Positions 37,775 through 51,265 of a stretch of DNA of 64,000 nucleotides are shown here, piece after piece; position 1 is the stretch's first letter, and each line of letters begins with the position of its first letter. Origin of the DNA: Octopus bimaculoides (lineage: Eukaryota); the NCBI RefSeq assembly GCF_001194135.2, contig NC_068989.1:67734835-67798834 (forward strand), in the 5' to 3' direction. The notes under the pieces are model-generated. The model was not told the origin of the DNA. It did not search any database and saw nothing but the letters and a program-made list of their open reading frames with translations. Made by a program: the position numbers and the translations under genes.

Positions 37775-38010
37775 TACATGTTATTATTTACTTTTATTGC
37801 TAGATTTTTCCCCAATGGAGAAAGAGCTGGTTTCTAACCTAGATCCAAGGCTACTTCATTAGAATTTCAATATCCATAGGGTAGCAGTGCCTAGACATGT
37901 AATTATGTACTTATATGCTAAACTTTTGTACACATTTTGATAGTTTCATTGATGAATTATATCTGAAGTTTCCTAATTTACTTTCTACATTCTGATTTTG
38001 AGAATCCTAT
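37775..38010 (-). mobile_element. Second copy of the RLE LINE 3' end seen at 3440-4135
   Basis: Minus strand GFSKSECRK*IRKLQI*FINETIKMC parallels GVSRPERRKLISLQKQTVNGTVKIS; shared 3' UTR motif ..atgaag.agcctt..atc.agg.tagaaacc.. Confidence 0.7.
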
Positions 38011-38069
38011 GTATTCAAGATTGGTGGTGAAGCAGTTCATTAAATATCTAAGGACCCTAACAACTCTTT

Positions 38070-38220
38070 CGTATTTTTGGCTGAGGGACGGGGAAGTCGA
38101 CTACATCGACCAAGAAAGGATGAAATTCAAAGTCACTCTCGGCGGAATTTTAGAGCTGGAAGAAATGCCACTAAGCATTTTCTCCAGTGTGCGAACGATT
38201 CTGTCAGCTCGCCGCCCTAA
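38070..38220 (-). mobile_element. Internally deleted family-A SINE
   Basis: gaaaggatgaaattcaaagtc...ggcggaattt and ctgtcagctcgccgcc. Confidence 0.65.
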
Positions 38221-38799
38221 AGTAACCTAATGGTAATAGGTAGAAACAAAGTCTAAACTTGTAGTTTCGGTGGAGTAGTTATATATTATTCGGTAGTTCA
38301 GCTTAGGCATTTGCTTTTCCGTTGATCTTTATCTTTATGCAGACATCTGCTGGACAACTGACTTCCGCTACTGTATATAGTCTGTCTTCTCTGTCCAAAA
38401 CTACAATAGCTGGTCTGTTGTGTTACTGCCTGGACTATTATGTATGTAGGTATGTTGAGGTATTTGAGATGCTTGCAGCAATTCAATCCTTTAAAGTTAA
38501 CCAACTAATGAATCCTTCCTAAGCCTTTTTTTTTTACAGTTGAAACTGGCTTTAATTCAATTCATGAGTTCACTTGAATATCACCCGACTGTTGCGTGCC
38601 TTGCGATAGCTAATCTCAATCCCATTGCTAATCTCAATCCCGTTGTGTTTGTACTCGCAATCCCCATGTTGAGTTTTACCGCTTGTTTACAGCTACGATN
38701 NNNNNNNNNNNNNNNNNNNNNNNNNNNNNNNNNNNNNNNNNNNNNNNNNNNNNNNNNNNNNNNNNNNNNNNNNNNNNNNNNNNNNNNNNNNNNNNNNNN

Positions 38800-38837
<38 letters not shown>

Positions 38838-39361
38838 CATATATTTGTATGCCTCTATCGAATTACTATGAACTTACATTCTCCAGTTTTCAGTTAAATT
38901 TATATAATTTTCTACTCATTCCTATATAACTTCTATATCTTATAAATAAGGGGATATATTTGCAGTCTCTGATCCATCTTATATTTTATTAAACATTCAT
39001 TAGTTCAACCGATACATTAACTAGAGCCAACTTTTATTTGCACTGAACTCCGTATCCCTTCGTTCAACGTTCGTATTTATGCTCATAGTCCTGTTTCGTC
39101 ATAGTACTCGTCTGTTTCTATCATACACATTTTTGGATGTCATCCTACCAATTAAACACACATACATACAAACGCGCGCGCACGCACACACGCATACACA
39201 CGCACATGCATATACATACACGGTGGGATTCTTTCAGGCTCGCTACCAAATCCAAGAGTTTGGTTGGTTCGGTGCTATAGTAGAAGACACTTGTCCAAGG
39301 TACTGGGCTAGGAAAGCAAACTTCTTAACATCATACCGCCCCTGTGATTGTTATATACACA

Positions 39362-39396
<35 letters not shown>

Positions 39397-40439
39397 TAAT
39401 CAAAGGACATAGTGAGTGTGTCTACCTGCTGGAAATAACAGTCAAAACTCTTATTGAAACTGCCGAAAAAAATAACACTCATAATAACAGAAATCAACTG
39501 TAGTTATTATAAGTGTTATTTTTTTCGGTGGTTTGAATAAGAGTTTTGACTGTTATTTCCAGCAGGTAACATACTCAGTATGTTCTTTGTTTAATATAAA
39601 TTTTAATNNNNNNNNNNNNNNNNNNNNNNNNNNNNNNNNNNNNNNNNNNNNNNNNNNNNNNNNNNNNNNNNNNNNNNNNNNNNNNNNNNNNNNNNNNNNN
39701 NNNNNNNNNNNNNNNNNNNNNNNNNNNNNNNNNNNNNNNNNNNNNNNNNNNNNNNNNNNNNNNNNNNNNNNNNNNNNNNNNNNNNNNNNNNNNNNNNNNN
39801 NNNNNNNNNNNNNNNNNNNNNNNNNNNNNNNNNNNGTATATATATAATGTATATATATAATGCATATATAATAATGTAAAAGTAATAATTCAATGTAATA
39901 CTTGTAGAATATAAAGGAAGAAAGAATATTATAAGAAATACATAAGACATGGAATACATAAAACGAAAAACTAACAAAAGACATTTTTCGTTTTTAGTGT
40001 AAAAATATCGAATGTTTTACTCATAGAAATAAAACCATTACTTCATCTTCTTAACGAGTCTTCCGAGAAATATTACAATTTTTTAGGCCGCGAGATGCGA
40101 AATCTTTCTTAGATCCCATGGACATCTGTCTTGACTGTCTGTCTGTTTGTCTGTCTGTCTGTCTCTCGCGTGCGCGCAGGTACTTACTACCCTCCCTCCA
40201 CCATCACACGTTTATGTATTTGTTTTGCAAGATAAATTGATGTGAAATCATATGTTGAAATAGATATCGTTATATTTGGGGATGGTCATATTTTGCCAAT
40301 TAAACACACGCACTATATATTTGGTCTTCACTTCAGCTTTATTATTATTATTTTAGTTTCTTTGTCAAAGCGCTTTCGTCGCACATCCTGTGATCGATTC
40401 AGCAACTCTCTGTCCCATATATCTCCTCTTGTTCTGCTT

Positions 40440-41835
40440 ATTCCGGAGTATAAAAAAAGTAGACTAGTGTCGTCTGGTGGTGTTGAACTACTCAACGGGA
40501 AGAAAATCAAGGATATTGAGACTGATGGATATAAGTATCTGGGTATTTTGGAGTATAACAAAATCAAGGAGAGTGAGATAAAAGAAAGCTTTAGGCGAAA
40601 ATAGCTCAGAAGAACCAAATTAATTATGGGAAGTAGACTCAATGGAAAGAACAAGATCAGGGCAATGAATACATGGGCTGTTTCCTTAATGCAATACGTC
40701 TAAGGTGTTGTTAGATAGACAAAGAACGAGCTTGAGGAAATGGATAGAAAAACGAGGAAAGTGTCGGCAATTAACAAGGAACTGCACCCCAAAAGCGATA
40801 TTGATAGACGGTATGTGCCAAGGAACAAGGGAGGAAGAGGCCACATCAAATAGCAAAGTGAACCCTTGCTTGCCGCTGTTAGAAATAATACCTACCTAAA
40901 ATATGACACACTCAAAAACATTTAAGACTCAAGATGAGGAACAAAGAATAAAAAATTGGAAAATGAAGACAATACATTGGCAATACCTCAGAGAAATCGA
41001 ATGGAAAAAGAAGAATAACACCTGGAGGTGGCTAAAAAAAAGTGATCTGAAAGGATGCATTGTGGCATTGATATGCAACACCCAGGAATAAGTTCTGAGA
41101 AATGATTACACCTAGTTCCAAATAGATAAGAACAGTGAATCACCCTTTTGTAGGGCGTGTAGCATCAAAAACAAAACAATCTCACATATTGTGAGTGAGT
41201 GTAGTAAGTTGACCCAAAAACATTACAAAAGGATGCACGATTACGTGGCAAAGTTTGTTCACATGAAAAGTACGGTCTGGGAAATGGCACAAACATGAAC
41301 CAAAGGGCGTCAGTGCGAACAATGAACAATGATCGAGTGACACCCTAATCGATGCACGGAGACCAGACATTATTGTAGTTGACAAAAGAAAAAGGGAAAC
41401 TAAAATCATAGATATTGCCATACCTGGGAATACACGTGTAGGTGAGAAAGATCTGGCAAAGGTGGAAAAATACAAATTACTAAAAGACGAATTTGCAAGA
41501 ACGTGGACCACGAGGAGACTAACTGTTATCACAGTAGTTGTAGAGGCGCTCGGAGCACTAACAACCAAGTTCGAGAAAAATGTCGGAGAAACTGGAAAAC
41601 TACTCTACTGGGGACAGATAGGATTTTGAGTTTGGTCATTGGGTGCTGAGTACCTTTCACGATAATTAACATCCAAGTTCCAAATCTTGTAATTTGCGGA
41701 AAGAGATCCTGTGAAGCCTCTTACAACATGTTACCGTTCTCACAGAATCGACCAGAGCAAGTAAGGCAGAGAGCTCTGAAAAGTAAAAACAACAACAACA
41801 ACAACAACAACAATAATAATAATAATAATAATAAT
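40440..41835 (+). mobile_element. R4/Dong-clade non-LTR retrotransposon, 5'-truncated and decayed
   Basis: RT end GYKYLGILE...LNGKNKIRAMNTWAVS...LHPKSDIDRRYVPRNKGGRG; CCHC knuckle CRAC...ETI-like TISHIVSEC; RLE RRPDIIVVDKRKRETKIIDIAIPG...EKYKLL...VVVEALG; (CAA)n(TAA)n tail. Confidence 0.9.
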
Positions 41836-42820
41836 TTGTAATATTTCTACTGGGCCAAACGTTTTACAAAAGAAAATTTATAGTCCATCGAATTTACATC
41901 AAAATAATATTAGCATCATTTCATCAATTCCGAGCAACAAAAATCAAAGTCAGAACTCTGAAATCTGAACACAGAACGTAAGGAAAAATTTAACCCCAGG
42001 CATACAATCGCTCCTGTCTTCTTTCGCCATCATTTTTTAAGAGGAAAAACTTTCTCAAATTAGATGCGGTCCAATATGAAAATTTGAAAGAACAGTTTTA
42101 TAGCTGAAGGAATTCATCTTCTATTCTTGATTGAAGACTGTGTGATTTGAACTCAGAACATAAAGAGCGGTAACTAACTACTGCATTATACTAGTATTAT
42201 AGTCCGAGACTTAGCAGTTTTCGCTATACCACACCACCTAGCGATATTTAAGAAATAATGATAAAGCTGATTAGTACATTGTTTTTAATTAGTGGGTTGT
42301 GATTACTTCGTTTTGCTAAAACGACAAAGATAATAGAGAAACTTAGCCTGAGACATCCCACTGAAGTCTTTGATCATTGCCTTAATGATGAAATTAAAAG
42401 TTCTAAGTAATGAATGTGCTTTTGACATGTCAACATACAACTCTATTTTCTTAGAAGCTCCTTGAGCGAAATAACTTCGCTAATACAAAGAAACAGATTT
42501 AATCAGTTTTTCACAGAAATGAAACTTAAAGAGGAGAGAAATGGTACTTTTGCTGCAAAATTTTGAGATCGTTCAGTGATATGAAACCGGTCTCTTTAAA
42601 GTGATCTACATAAAAATTTCCCATTAAAATTTCATGTTAATATATGTTCGAAAAATTAGCTTAATAACAACAGTTATTTTACTATATTCTATATAATTTT
42701 CGAAATTAATTGCAATAGAGGGTAATATGTTAATGGTGATGCGGTAACAAATGGGTTAACGTACATAGTAATAGACTGAATAGGAAAAGTAAAACAGGCC
42801 GGTTAATAAAGTGTGTGTGC

Positions 42821-42906
<86 letters not shown>

Positions 42907-43859
42907 TGCAGAGGGAGAAAATGAGAGAGAAAAATGAGAAAGAAATTGACGGACACAGACGCGAGAGACAGAGCAATGAGACGCAGGGAGAGAGTTAGAG
43001 AAATAGACATAGAAAGAGAGAGAGAGAGAGAGAGGAAAGGGAGAGGCGCAGGAAGAGAGAGAAGAGAGAGTGAGTGCTAGAGCGGGAGAGAATGAGAGAG
43101 AGTGAGAGAATAAAAGGGAGAGAGAGAGAGAAAGAGAGAGGGAGAGAGAGAGCGATTCAGTGTTAGAATGTAAGAATAACTGGGAATTGGAAAATTATGG
43201 CAGGTATCATAAAAATAAATGCTCGACTGAGTTTGTGACTCAATATTTTATTTTCGATTTAGAATAATTTCCCTTCATTTAGGCTGCTGATGCCTTTTTT
43301 TGGAAAGGTGTCACATCTTTTGCCTTTCTGCCCATTTGCCAAAGAAGTGAAATAAAGTGGAAAATCTTGAATATCTCAGAAGTTTACAATGTTAAAATTT
43401 AACCTCCATGTCGAGGAGAGTTGTTTGAGTGATAAAGTTTATTATATAAAGTTTATTATAACCTGACCGATTCTTATTAGGAGGGTAATTTATAACCAAA
43501 ACATCAGAGTGGCTGCACAACACTAGTAAAGAGTTCTCAAAGAGTCATCGGTACTAAATCATGTTCATCGCAAAGATGGTTAACATTCGATAGTGGTCAA
43601 CCTTGCTGTTTACTGCTATTATGAGACAGAAACATTCTTTATTCAATGAAACGATCAAGTTGTTGAATTGTTGAGTATGTTATTTGTTGAGGCCTGTGAT
43701 AAATGGGGTCCCTCCCAATTAAGGAATGAAATATTTCTGGAACCATTTAATACTTTAAGAACTGGAATAATAGTTCAAAATACACTGATACCATGAAGTA
43801 AAAGTGTAGGATAAAACAGAGTACAGGAAACATAAACGAAGACTTGTACGAAATATATA

Positions 43860-45140
43860 TTTATTTAGAGCTGATAAAGGCTTGCATAAATAATAGATGT
43901 TTTATTTAAGGGTTGATAAAGTATTGCAAAATTAGCAGTTGTTTTAATTAAGGGTTGATAAAGGTGTACATAATTAATAGTTGCTTAACTAAGGGCTGAT
44001 AAAGGGTTGTATAATTAAAACTTGATTAATTAAGATTGCATAAAGGTTTCCGTAATTAGTCTTAAAATCAAGTGTTGATAGAGAGTCGCATAATTAATAA
44101 TTGATTTAATTAAGAGTTCATTAAGTATGAGATAAAAAAATTGTAGCTTTAATTAAAGGTTGATAAATGGTTGTATAACTAATAGGTGTTTTAATTAAGG
44201 GCTGATAAAGAATACTTGTGTTACTTTAAGATTGAATAAAAACTGCACAAATAATAGTTGCTGTAATTGTTGTAATTAAGAGTTGATAAACAACTATGCA
44301 GTTGTTTTAATTAAGGATTGATAAAAGATTGCATGAATTACAGTGTAGCAAAAATTTTGTATTTGGTCAGTGAGTGTTATGTTCTTTTGGCTTCCGTCTA
44401 GAAATCAAAGAAAATGAAAATATTATTCCCTTCAAACTTTGCTTTTGTGACCTGGACACCAACGTTTTGAAATTGACCTATTTTCCGTTATATTTCAGAC
44501 AAATTCAGTGCTGAGTTGCTCAAGTAGAAATATAGCAAATATTCTGCTCAATATCACAGATTTGCTTGTCAGTTGCTTAACCACTTGAACATGTCCCTTA
44601 GTGGTTGACAATATGAGCATCTCTGATCATGAGCAGGAGTAGTGGGGATGCATCAAAGCCATGTGTTGAGAGGGATTCTCTGGGGGTTTGAATAAATGTA
44701 ACAAAAGCAAAGTTTGAAGGAAATATTAGGTTTCGGGGTAAGCAAATAGGGAATAACAGTTGCTACCCAAGGACAAAAATCGCGTTACACAGTGTAATAG
44801 TCGTTTTAACTAAGGGCTGATATTTATTGCACAAATAGTAATTGTTTAATTAAGGGTAAATAAATGGTTAATTAATAGTTGTTTTAATTAAGGGTTTATA
44901 AATGGTTGCATAATTAACAACTGTTCTAATAAAATGTTGTTAAATTAATCACATAAATAATGATTTCACAAAGGATTGATAATGGATTTCATAAATAATA
45001 GATGTTTAATTTAGGATTGGTAAAGGATCACATACATAATAGCTGCTTTAATTAAGGGTTGATAAAAGACTGTATAAATGATGAATGTTTAATTAAAGGA
45101 TGCTAAAAGGTCATATATATAATAGTTGTTTCAATTACAG
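43860..45140. repeat. Degenerate ~41-bp minisatellite array split by an insertion at about 44345-44790
   Basis: Recurrent unit ttttaattaagggttgataaa.g.ttgcataattaatagttg on both sides of the insertion. Confidence 0.8.
44421..44727. mobile_element. MITE-like element with ~30-bp TIRs inside the minisatellite
   Basis: ccttcaaactttgcttttgt (left, within 44421-44451) is the exact reverse complement of acaaaagcaaagtttgaagg (44701-44720). Confidence 0.6.
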
Positions 45141-46333
45141 TTTCTATCAGGACCCTTGTAAATCCATCGTTTCATAAATATTCATATTCTTATTTTACTG
45201 CATAAATTTATAGCATTGTTTCATTGATTAAAAAAAAAAATTTACTTGTGTCAGTCATTGGACTGCAGTCATGCTGAAGTGGATGAAAGTTCATATCTAC
45301 GGCTCAGACATAAGTTGTAACTGATGTAATCAGAAGGAGCACTGGAAGACGACGAGTGTTTATCAGATTATAATATTTGAATTTAGTTCACGCGGTTAGG
45401 GATTAGAGAAGATATGAATTTATACATTGGCTTACCCTATACAAACATCTCTAAAGAGTTTCAATAAAACCTCAATCATCTATAGAAATTTAATGATTTA
45501 GAACATGTTCATTACTTGATTTATAAAGAAAGGAACACAGAAAACGTAATCGGTATTAATGCTTTGTATAGCTTACCAGTGTTTCATAAGACCGGCAGAC
45601 ATTAGTTACATGAGCATAAAACTCAGTTAAGTAAACAAATTCTGCCGGCACATCTCATTGGTATTGAATTTGTACCCGTGCACATTACACAAAGCGTAAA
45701 TAACAATTAAGTTTCTGTGTTCCTATATTCATATACGGCGTGTGGACTCCACACACTAGCATTGTCCAAGAGGAGTTCAGTGTGGAACCAATGTACTGCA
45801 ACCACACATTTTGCTAACGTGTCGCGCCTTTCGGTACAGCTTTTCAATTATGTATTTTTATTACGCTATTTGAACACTAAAATATTTTATTACTACTTCA
45901 AGAATGTAATTTTGCTTCGGTTATTTCAATATTTTATCATTCGTCAATTAATCGGGGAAAGAAAAAAGAAAAAAAACAAACAAAACAGTTTGGTAGGGAA
46001 AAACATTAGTAACACAGCAAATAAATTTTGAATAAAATTTGGGTGGTTGATGGTATTATGACATCATTGTAGAGTGTATAATAATGGAATTATAATATTA
46101 TAATGACGTCAAGATACTAAATATTCATTATGTTGTCATAACAGTATTCCTACTTTGTATCTACTTTATACTTATAACCATTTTGTAGACAGTAACACAG
46201 ATATTACAAACTCTTTACATACATAAATACACACAAAAAGCTGCGTATGTGTGCGCACATTATGTATTCTGCTCGTTATCTCTATACATAAACAAGCACA
46301 CATATGTTTGTGTTATACATCTTGCTCTTTATT

Positions 46334-46450
<117 letters not shown>

Positions 46451-47029
46451 GCATGAGTATCAAATATCCTGTTCTTTGTCTCTATACAAATGCTCACACA
46501 TCACATTGCTGACATAGATGCATCACGTATTAACCTTGAAGACATTAATTAAATCCAACACATCAAAATATATAAACTAATAGTCATTGAAACACTAAAG
46601 ACTAAGCTATCTCTCCTCCTCCCAGACACACGTTCATACGCACACACGTACACTTGAGCACTTATTTCAATGGAATGCACAGCTTACTGATAATTCAATC
46701 TTTCCCATCGGAGTCGCAATGGCTCCAGCAATGCAGTCAGTAGGCTGCTGCATGGCTTGTTTTGTGATTTCATTCAGTGATTTTCATCCACATTGAGGAA
46801 TAGCTTTCAATTACATGCTACACGACTGTAAATAAGTTTAATTCGAGAAAAACCAGATATGTTAAGGACAACCGCTTCAACATAGAGTGGATAATTGGTT
46901 GAGTTTTGATTGGGTAAATTTCGAAAATTTCGTTAAGTTCGCATGTCGTGATGAGACAAAAATTGTGAAGGTTTGAGAAAGCTGTTTGTTGGAGAGAGTT
47001 TTTTCTTGTTAAATATTTGTTCGTTCTAA

Positions 47030-47278
47030 GCATTTTACCTGGCGTTCTAACGATGCTGCCAGTTCACCGCCATATTAATAATAACAATAAGGAAATTTTG
47101 GGGGAGGGGATAAGTCAATTACATCGCTCCAAGTATTTCACTGGTACTTAATTTATCGACCCCGAAAAGATGAAAGGCAAAGTCGACCTCGGTGGAATTT
47201 GAACTGGGAACGTAGCGACGGACGAAATACTGCTAAGCATTTTGCCCGGCGTGCTAACGATTCTGCCAGCTCGGCGCC

Positions 47279-47280
<2 letters not shown>
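47030..47280 (-). mobile_element. Family-A SINE, full length plus a partial second head
   Basis: Minus strand aaggcgccgagctggcagaatcgttagcacgccgggc...catcttttcggggtcgataaattaagtaccag. Confidence 0.9.
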
Positions 47281-47347
<67 letters not shown>

Positions 47348-47916
47348 NNNNNNNNNNNNNNNNNNNNNNNNNNNNNNNNNNNNNNNNNNNNNNNNNNNNN
47401 NNNNNNNNNNNNNNNNNNNNNNNNNNNNNNNNNNNNNNNNNNNNNNNNNNNNNNNNNNNNNNNNNNNNNNNNNNNNNNNNNNNNNNNNNNNNNNNNNNNN
47501 NNNNNNNNNNNNNNNNNNNNNNNNNNNNNNNNNNNNNNNNNNNNNNNNNNNNNNNNNNNNNNNNNNNNNNNNNNNNNNNNNNNNNNNNNNNNNNNNNNNN
47601 NNNNNNNNNNNNNNNNNNNNNNNNNNNNNNNNNNNNNNNNNNNNNNNNNNNNNNNNNNNNNNNNNNNNNNNNNNNNNNNNNNNNNNNNNNNNNNNNNNNN
47701 NNNNNNNNNNNNNNNNNNNNNNNNNNNNNNNNNNNNNNNNNNNNNNNNNNNNNNNNNNNNNNNNNNNNNNNNNNNNNNNNNNNNNNNNNNNNNNNNNNNN
47801 NNNNNNNNNNNNNNNNNNNNNNNNNNNNNNNNNNNNNNNNNNNNNNNNNNNNNNNNNNNNNNNNNNNNNNNNNNNNNNNNNNNNNNNNNNNNNNNNNNNN
47901 NNNNNNNNNNNNNNNN

Positions 47917-48243
47917 AAATACAAAGACCTGGAAATAGAGATAACTCGAATGTGGAATCTAAAAACAGAAACAATTCCTATCATAGTAGGTGCCTTAGGT
48001 ATAATAAAAAAATATTCAGACAAATACATAACAAAAACACCAGGACTTACAAATATATATAACATACAGAAAATTGCACTACTGGGTACTGCACACATTC
48101 TACGCAAAACACTTTCAATATAGTAAACATAAGAGCACCACAGCAAACCACAGCACATACCCAAGGCGCACAGAGCTGCGCTCGGTAGTGAAGTGAAAGC
48201 ACGTTATAAAAATAAAACTACTGAACAATAATAATAATAATAA
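47917..48243 (+). mobile_element. 3' end of an R4/Dong-like LINE embedded in (AAT)n
   Basis: KYKDLEIEITRMWNLKTETIPIIVGALG...IQKIALLGTAHILRKTLSI* (stop 48121-48123), uninterrupted over the visible part. (AAT)n lies upstream of the gap (47281-47347) and at the 3' end. Confidence 0.9.
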
Positions 48244-48248
48244 ACTAA

Positions 48249-48538
48249 TGATGGACTCTCTCGTTGACGACGACGTATGAGTGTTCAGCATTTTTGCCGA
48301 ACGACCTTCACAAATGGTTTTTTTACAGTGATCAAATGTTCTTGCTGTACATTAAGCTCACTCCCTCCATCAAACCAACGTTGCCGAAACAGGTATACGG
48401 TGTACCACGCGTCAGGTATCGAAGTAGTCGCAGAACATCGTGAGATAAGAACACAACTCACCACTCGGTCTAGGAATTGAATCAACGATCTCGTGACCGT
48501 GAGTGCAACAGCCTAACCACTAGGTCATGTGTCTTCAC
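48249..48538 (-). mobile_element. Family-D tRNA-derived SINE
   Basis: Minus-strand head gtgaagacacatgacctagtggttaggctgttgcactcacggtcacgagatcgttgattcaattcc, with a body unlike families A-C. Confidence 0.7.
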
Positions 48539-48567
48539 GATAGTAGTAGTAGTAGTAGTAGAAGTAT

Positions 48568-48606
<39 letters not shown>

Positions 48607-48610
48607 AAGC

Positions 48611-48642
<32 letters not shown>

Positions 48643-48679
48643 CAACAATAATAATGAGAGAAGAAACTACTCCGTATGG

Positions 48680-49095
48680 TCCCTTCCATGGTCTCAGCTC
48701 TCTCTATGATGTATCGCATAAGGTGGAGGTTGTCGTGGTTAGACCTGCTTGAGATTGCGCAAGCTTGTGCCTCCCCTACCAGTCTTCCGACAACAAGCGT
48801 CAAACTTCTCGCTAACACCTTGGCCAAAATCTTAGGCTCTGTGTTTAGTAGAGTTATGGAACGAAAATTCCCTACTACGTCCCCATTATCGGCGTTCTTT
48901 CTCAGCAGTGTTACTACATCCCGGTTAGGAATTCTCCCGTTCTGCTGCCAGTTACTGTTGACGTCTGCCAAGAGGCCGCCAAACATATCTGGTATGAATG
49001 CATAGAATTCGTAGGGCAGACCATTCAAACCGGGCGATTTGCGACTTGTGCAATCACTCATCGCTTCCCGTATGTCAGTGGTTGTAATTGACTTG
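48680..49095 (-). mobile_element. Tx1/L1-like LINE reverse-transcriptase fragment
   Basis: KSPGLNGLPYEFY...VVTLLRK...GNFRSITLLNTEPKILAKVLARSL...QACAISSRSNHDNLHLMR (RT domains 0-2). Confidence 0.9.
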
Positions 49096-49129
49096 TACAT
49101 TGTTTTGTCTTGGTATAAAAGATGGGCTA

Positions 49130-49580
49130 CAACAAATATTCTGCTTAATACCACAGATTTGCTTGTCAGTTGTTTAACCTTAACCAGTTGAACATGTCCC
49201 TTGGTGACTGACGATATGTGCATCTCTGATCACGAGCAGAAGTAGTGGGGGAACCATAATAACCAAGAGAGGAATTCTTTGGGATTTGGATAATTTACCT
49301 CTTGAAACATGGGTGTTTCGTTCAACATCCTTAAACAATCCTTATTCAGGGACCTTTTGAGCGGGATGGGCTACTCGACCTGAAGAAAAATCTAACTGGG
49401 CCCCACCTGCAAGGTCATGCGCTGTTTATCTTGATATGAGGTCACTATGTCACGCACATATAGTTGTGATGCATGTGCCTGATGTATCCTTATCGGACTG
49501 GTAATCATGATGGGTATACTGGGCTTCGTATATTTTATCCTAGTGGCATTTGATGGCATGCATTGCTCTCTCACTCAATA
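49130..49580 (+). repeat. Unclassified interspersed repeat with an (AAT)n end
   Basis: The first ~160 bp match 44535-44695; ends ctctctcactcaataataat. Confidence 0.5.
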
Positions 49581-50499
49581 ATAATAATAATAATAATCAT
49601 AATTGGCCTTGATCAAGCAGACATTTCAGTCATGGTAATTTTTACCTTGTTTTAAACAGCATCCAGTATACCCCTTCAGTTCTAAAGATGACATGGGCTT
49701 AACTTAGGTGAGACTTGGTTACTATGTCATATTAAGCGTCCATATGAAATTTCTCACATTGTTCTCATTTACTCCGTTGTTACTGCTGCTGTTGCTTTTC
49801 TTGTTACAATTTTTATATCATAGAACTAAAAGTACGCGGTCTTAAATATATGAAAATAATTTGACCGAGCTCCTTAATTTGTCTGTTACTATTGATAGCT
49901 ATATACTGCGACTCTGCAATGGTTGCCAGTAGAATATACATACTCGAACCTACCCAAACTTCCAACCTAGTTACAAAGTAAAGACACTAACATTCTTACA
50001 AGCACAATTGTTGTGGGTAAATATCAATCCACCGACCAGATGGTTTTTAGATAGTACAAATAAAAGAGATAATACAACAGCATCATGACTAAATTTCTTT
50101 TACGTCCTAAACAATCCACACTGACGAATCCCTACACCACCAGGTTAACTACAAATATTTTGCTCCACACATCAACTTCTACCTCCAATCTAGCTTCAAT
50201 ACTCATTTTGCAAACTCCAAATTTCGACGAACCATCTACAGTTATCAATTTCAACACAATTCATGTCAATGAAGAATGGAAAAGAATCTTTACCAAATTC
50301 AAGGCACAAACCAAACGAAAGAAGTGTATTGTTTGTTTATGTATAACATCCTGTTATATTATGAAATATTGCTACATACAAAATGAAAGTGAAGCGAAAC
50401 AAGACGATATGTAAATATTTAATTGCAATGTATTACTTACGGTGAAGAGGAAAATACTAAAAGCATATTTACCAATGTTAAATCAATGGAAAAACCCGC

Positions 50500-50772
50500 T
50501 TAGTATTTTACCCAGTGTACTAACGATTCAGCTAGCTCGCCGCCCTGTTAAAGCCATGAAATATTGGTTTTAAAATTTGGCACAGGGCCAGAAAGTTTGA
50601 TGGAGGGAGTTAGTCAATTACAACGACTCCAGTGCTCAATTGGCATTTATTTTATCGACCTCGAGGAGATGAAAAGCAAAGTTGACCTCGGTGGCATTTG
50701 AACTCAGAACGTAAAGAAGACAAAATGTCGATAAGTATTTAGCTTGGCGTGCTAACGATTCTGCCAGCTTGT
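50500..50772 (-). mobile_element. Diverged family-A SINE plus partial head
   Basis: ttttatcgacctcgaggagatgaaaagcaaagttgacctcggtggcatttgaactcagaacg. Confidence 0.75.
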
Positions 50773-50789
50773 AACAAGATTTAAAAAAA

Positions 50790-51095
50790 TAAGTCCTGGG
50801 GTCAATTTGTTCAAAATTATCTTGGGTTCTGCACGTCAGCCTGCAGTGATTCAGTTGTCAAGCGATGTTGGGGGGGGGGGCAAACACACACACACACACA
50901 CACACACTCACATATATACATATACATATATACGACGGGCTTCTTTCAGTTTCCGCCTACCAAATCCACTCAGAAGGCTCTGGCCGGCGCGAGGCTATAG
51001 TAGAAGACACTTGCCCAAGGTGCCACGCAGTGGAACTGAACCCGGAACCATGTGGTTGGTAAGCAAGCTACTTACCACACAGCCACATCTGCGCC
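50790..51095 (-). mobile_element. Family-B SINE with internal deletion
   Basis: tacgacgggcttctttcagtttccg.ctaccaaatccactca...accacacagccac. Confidence 0.85.
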
Positions 51096-51180
<85 letters not shown>

Positions 51181-51181
<1 letters not shown>

Positions 51182-51206
51182 CTACGGGTTCGATTCCAGG
51201 CAGTGA

Positions 51207-51265
<59 letters not shown>

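Noticed and set aside
43860-45140. CRISPR-like periodicity
   Set aside because: Units are contiguous and degenerate, with no constant repeat plus unique spacers, no cas genes and a eukaryotic context.
46680-46780. Possible small minus-strand exon (MQQPTDCIAGAIATPMGKIELS then GTAAGC)
   Set aside because: Only 22 codons, an in-frame stop just upstream, and no recognisable homology or partner exon.
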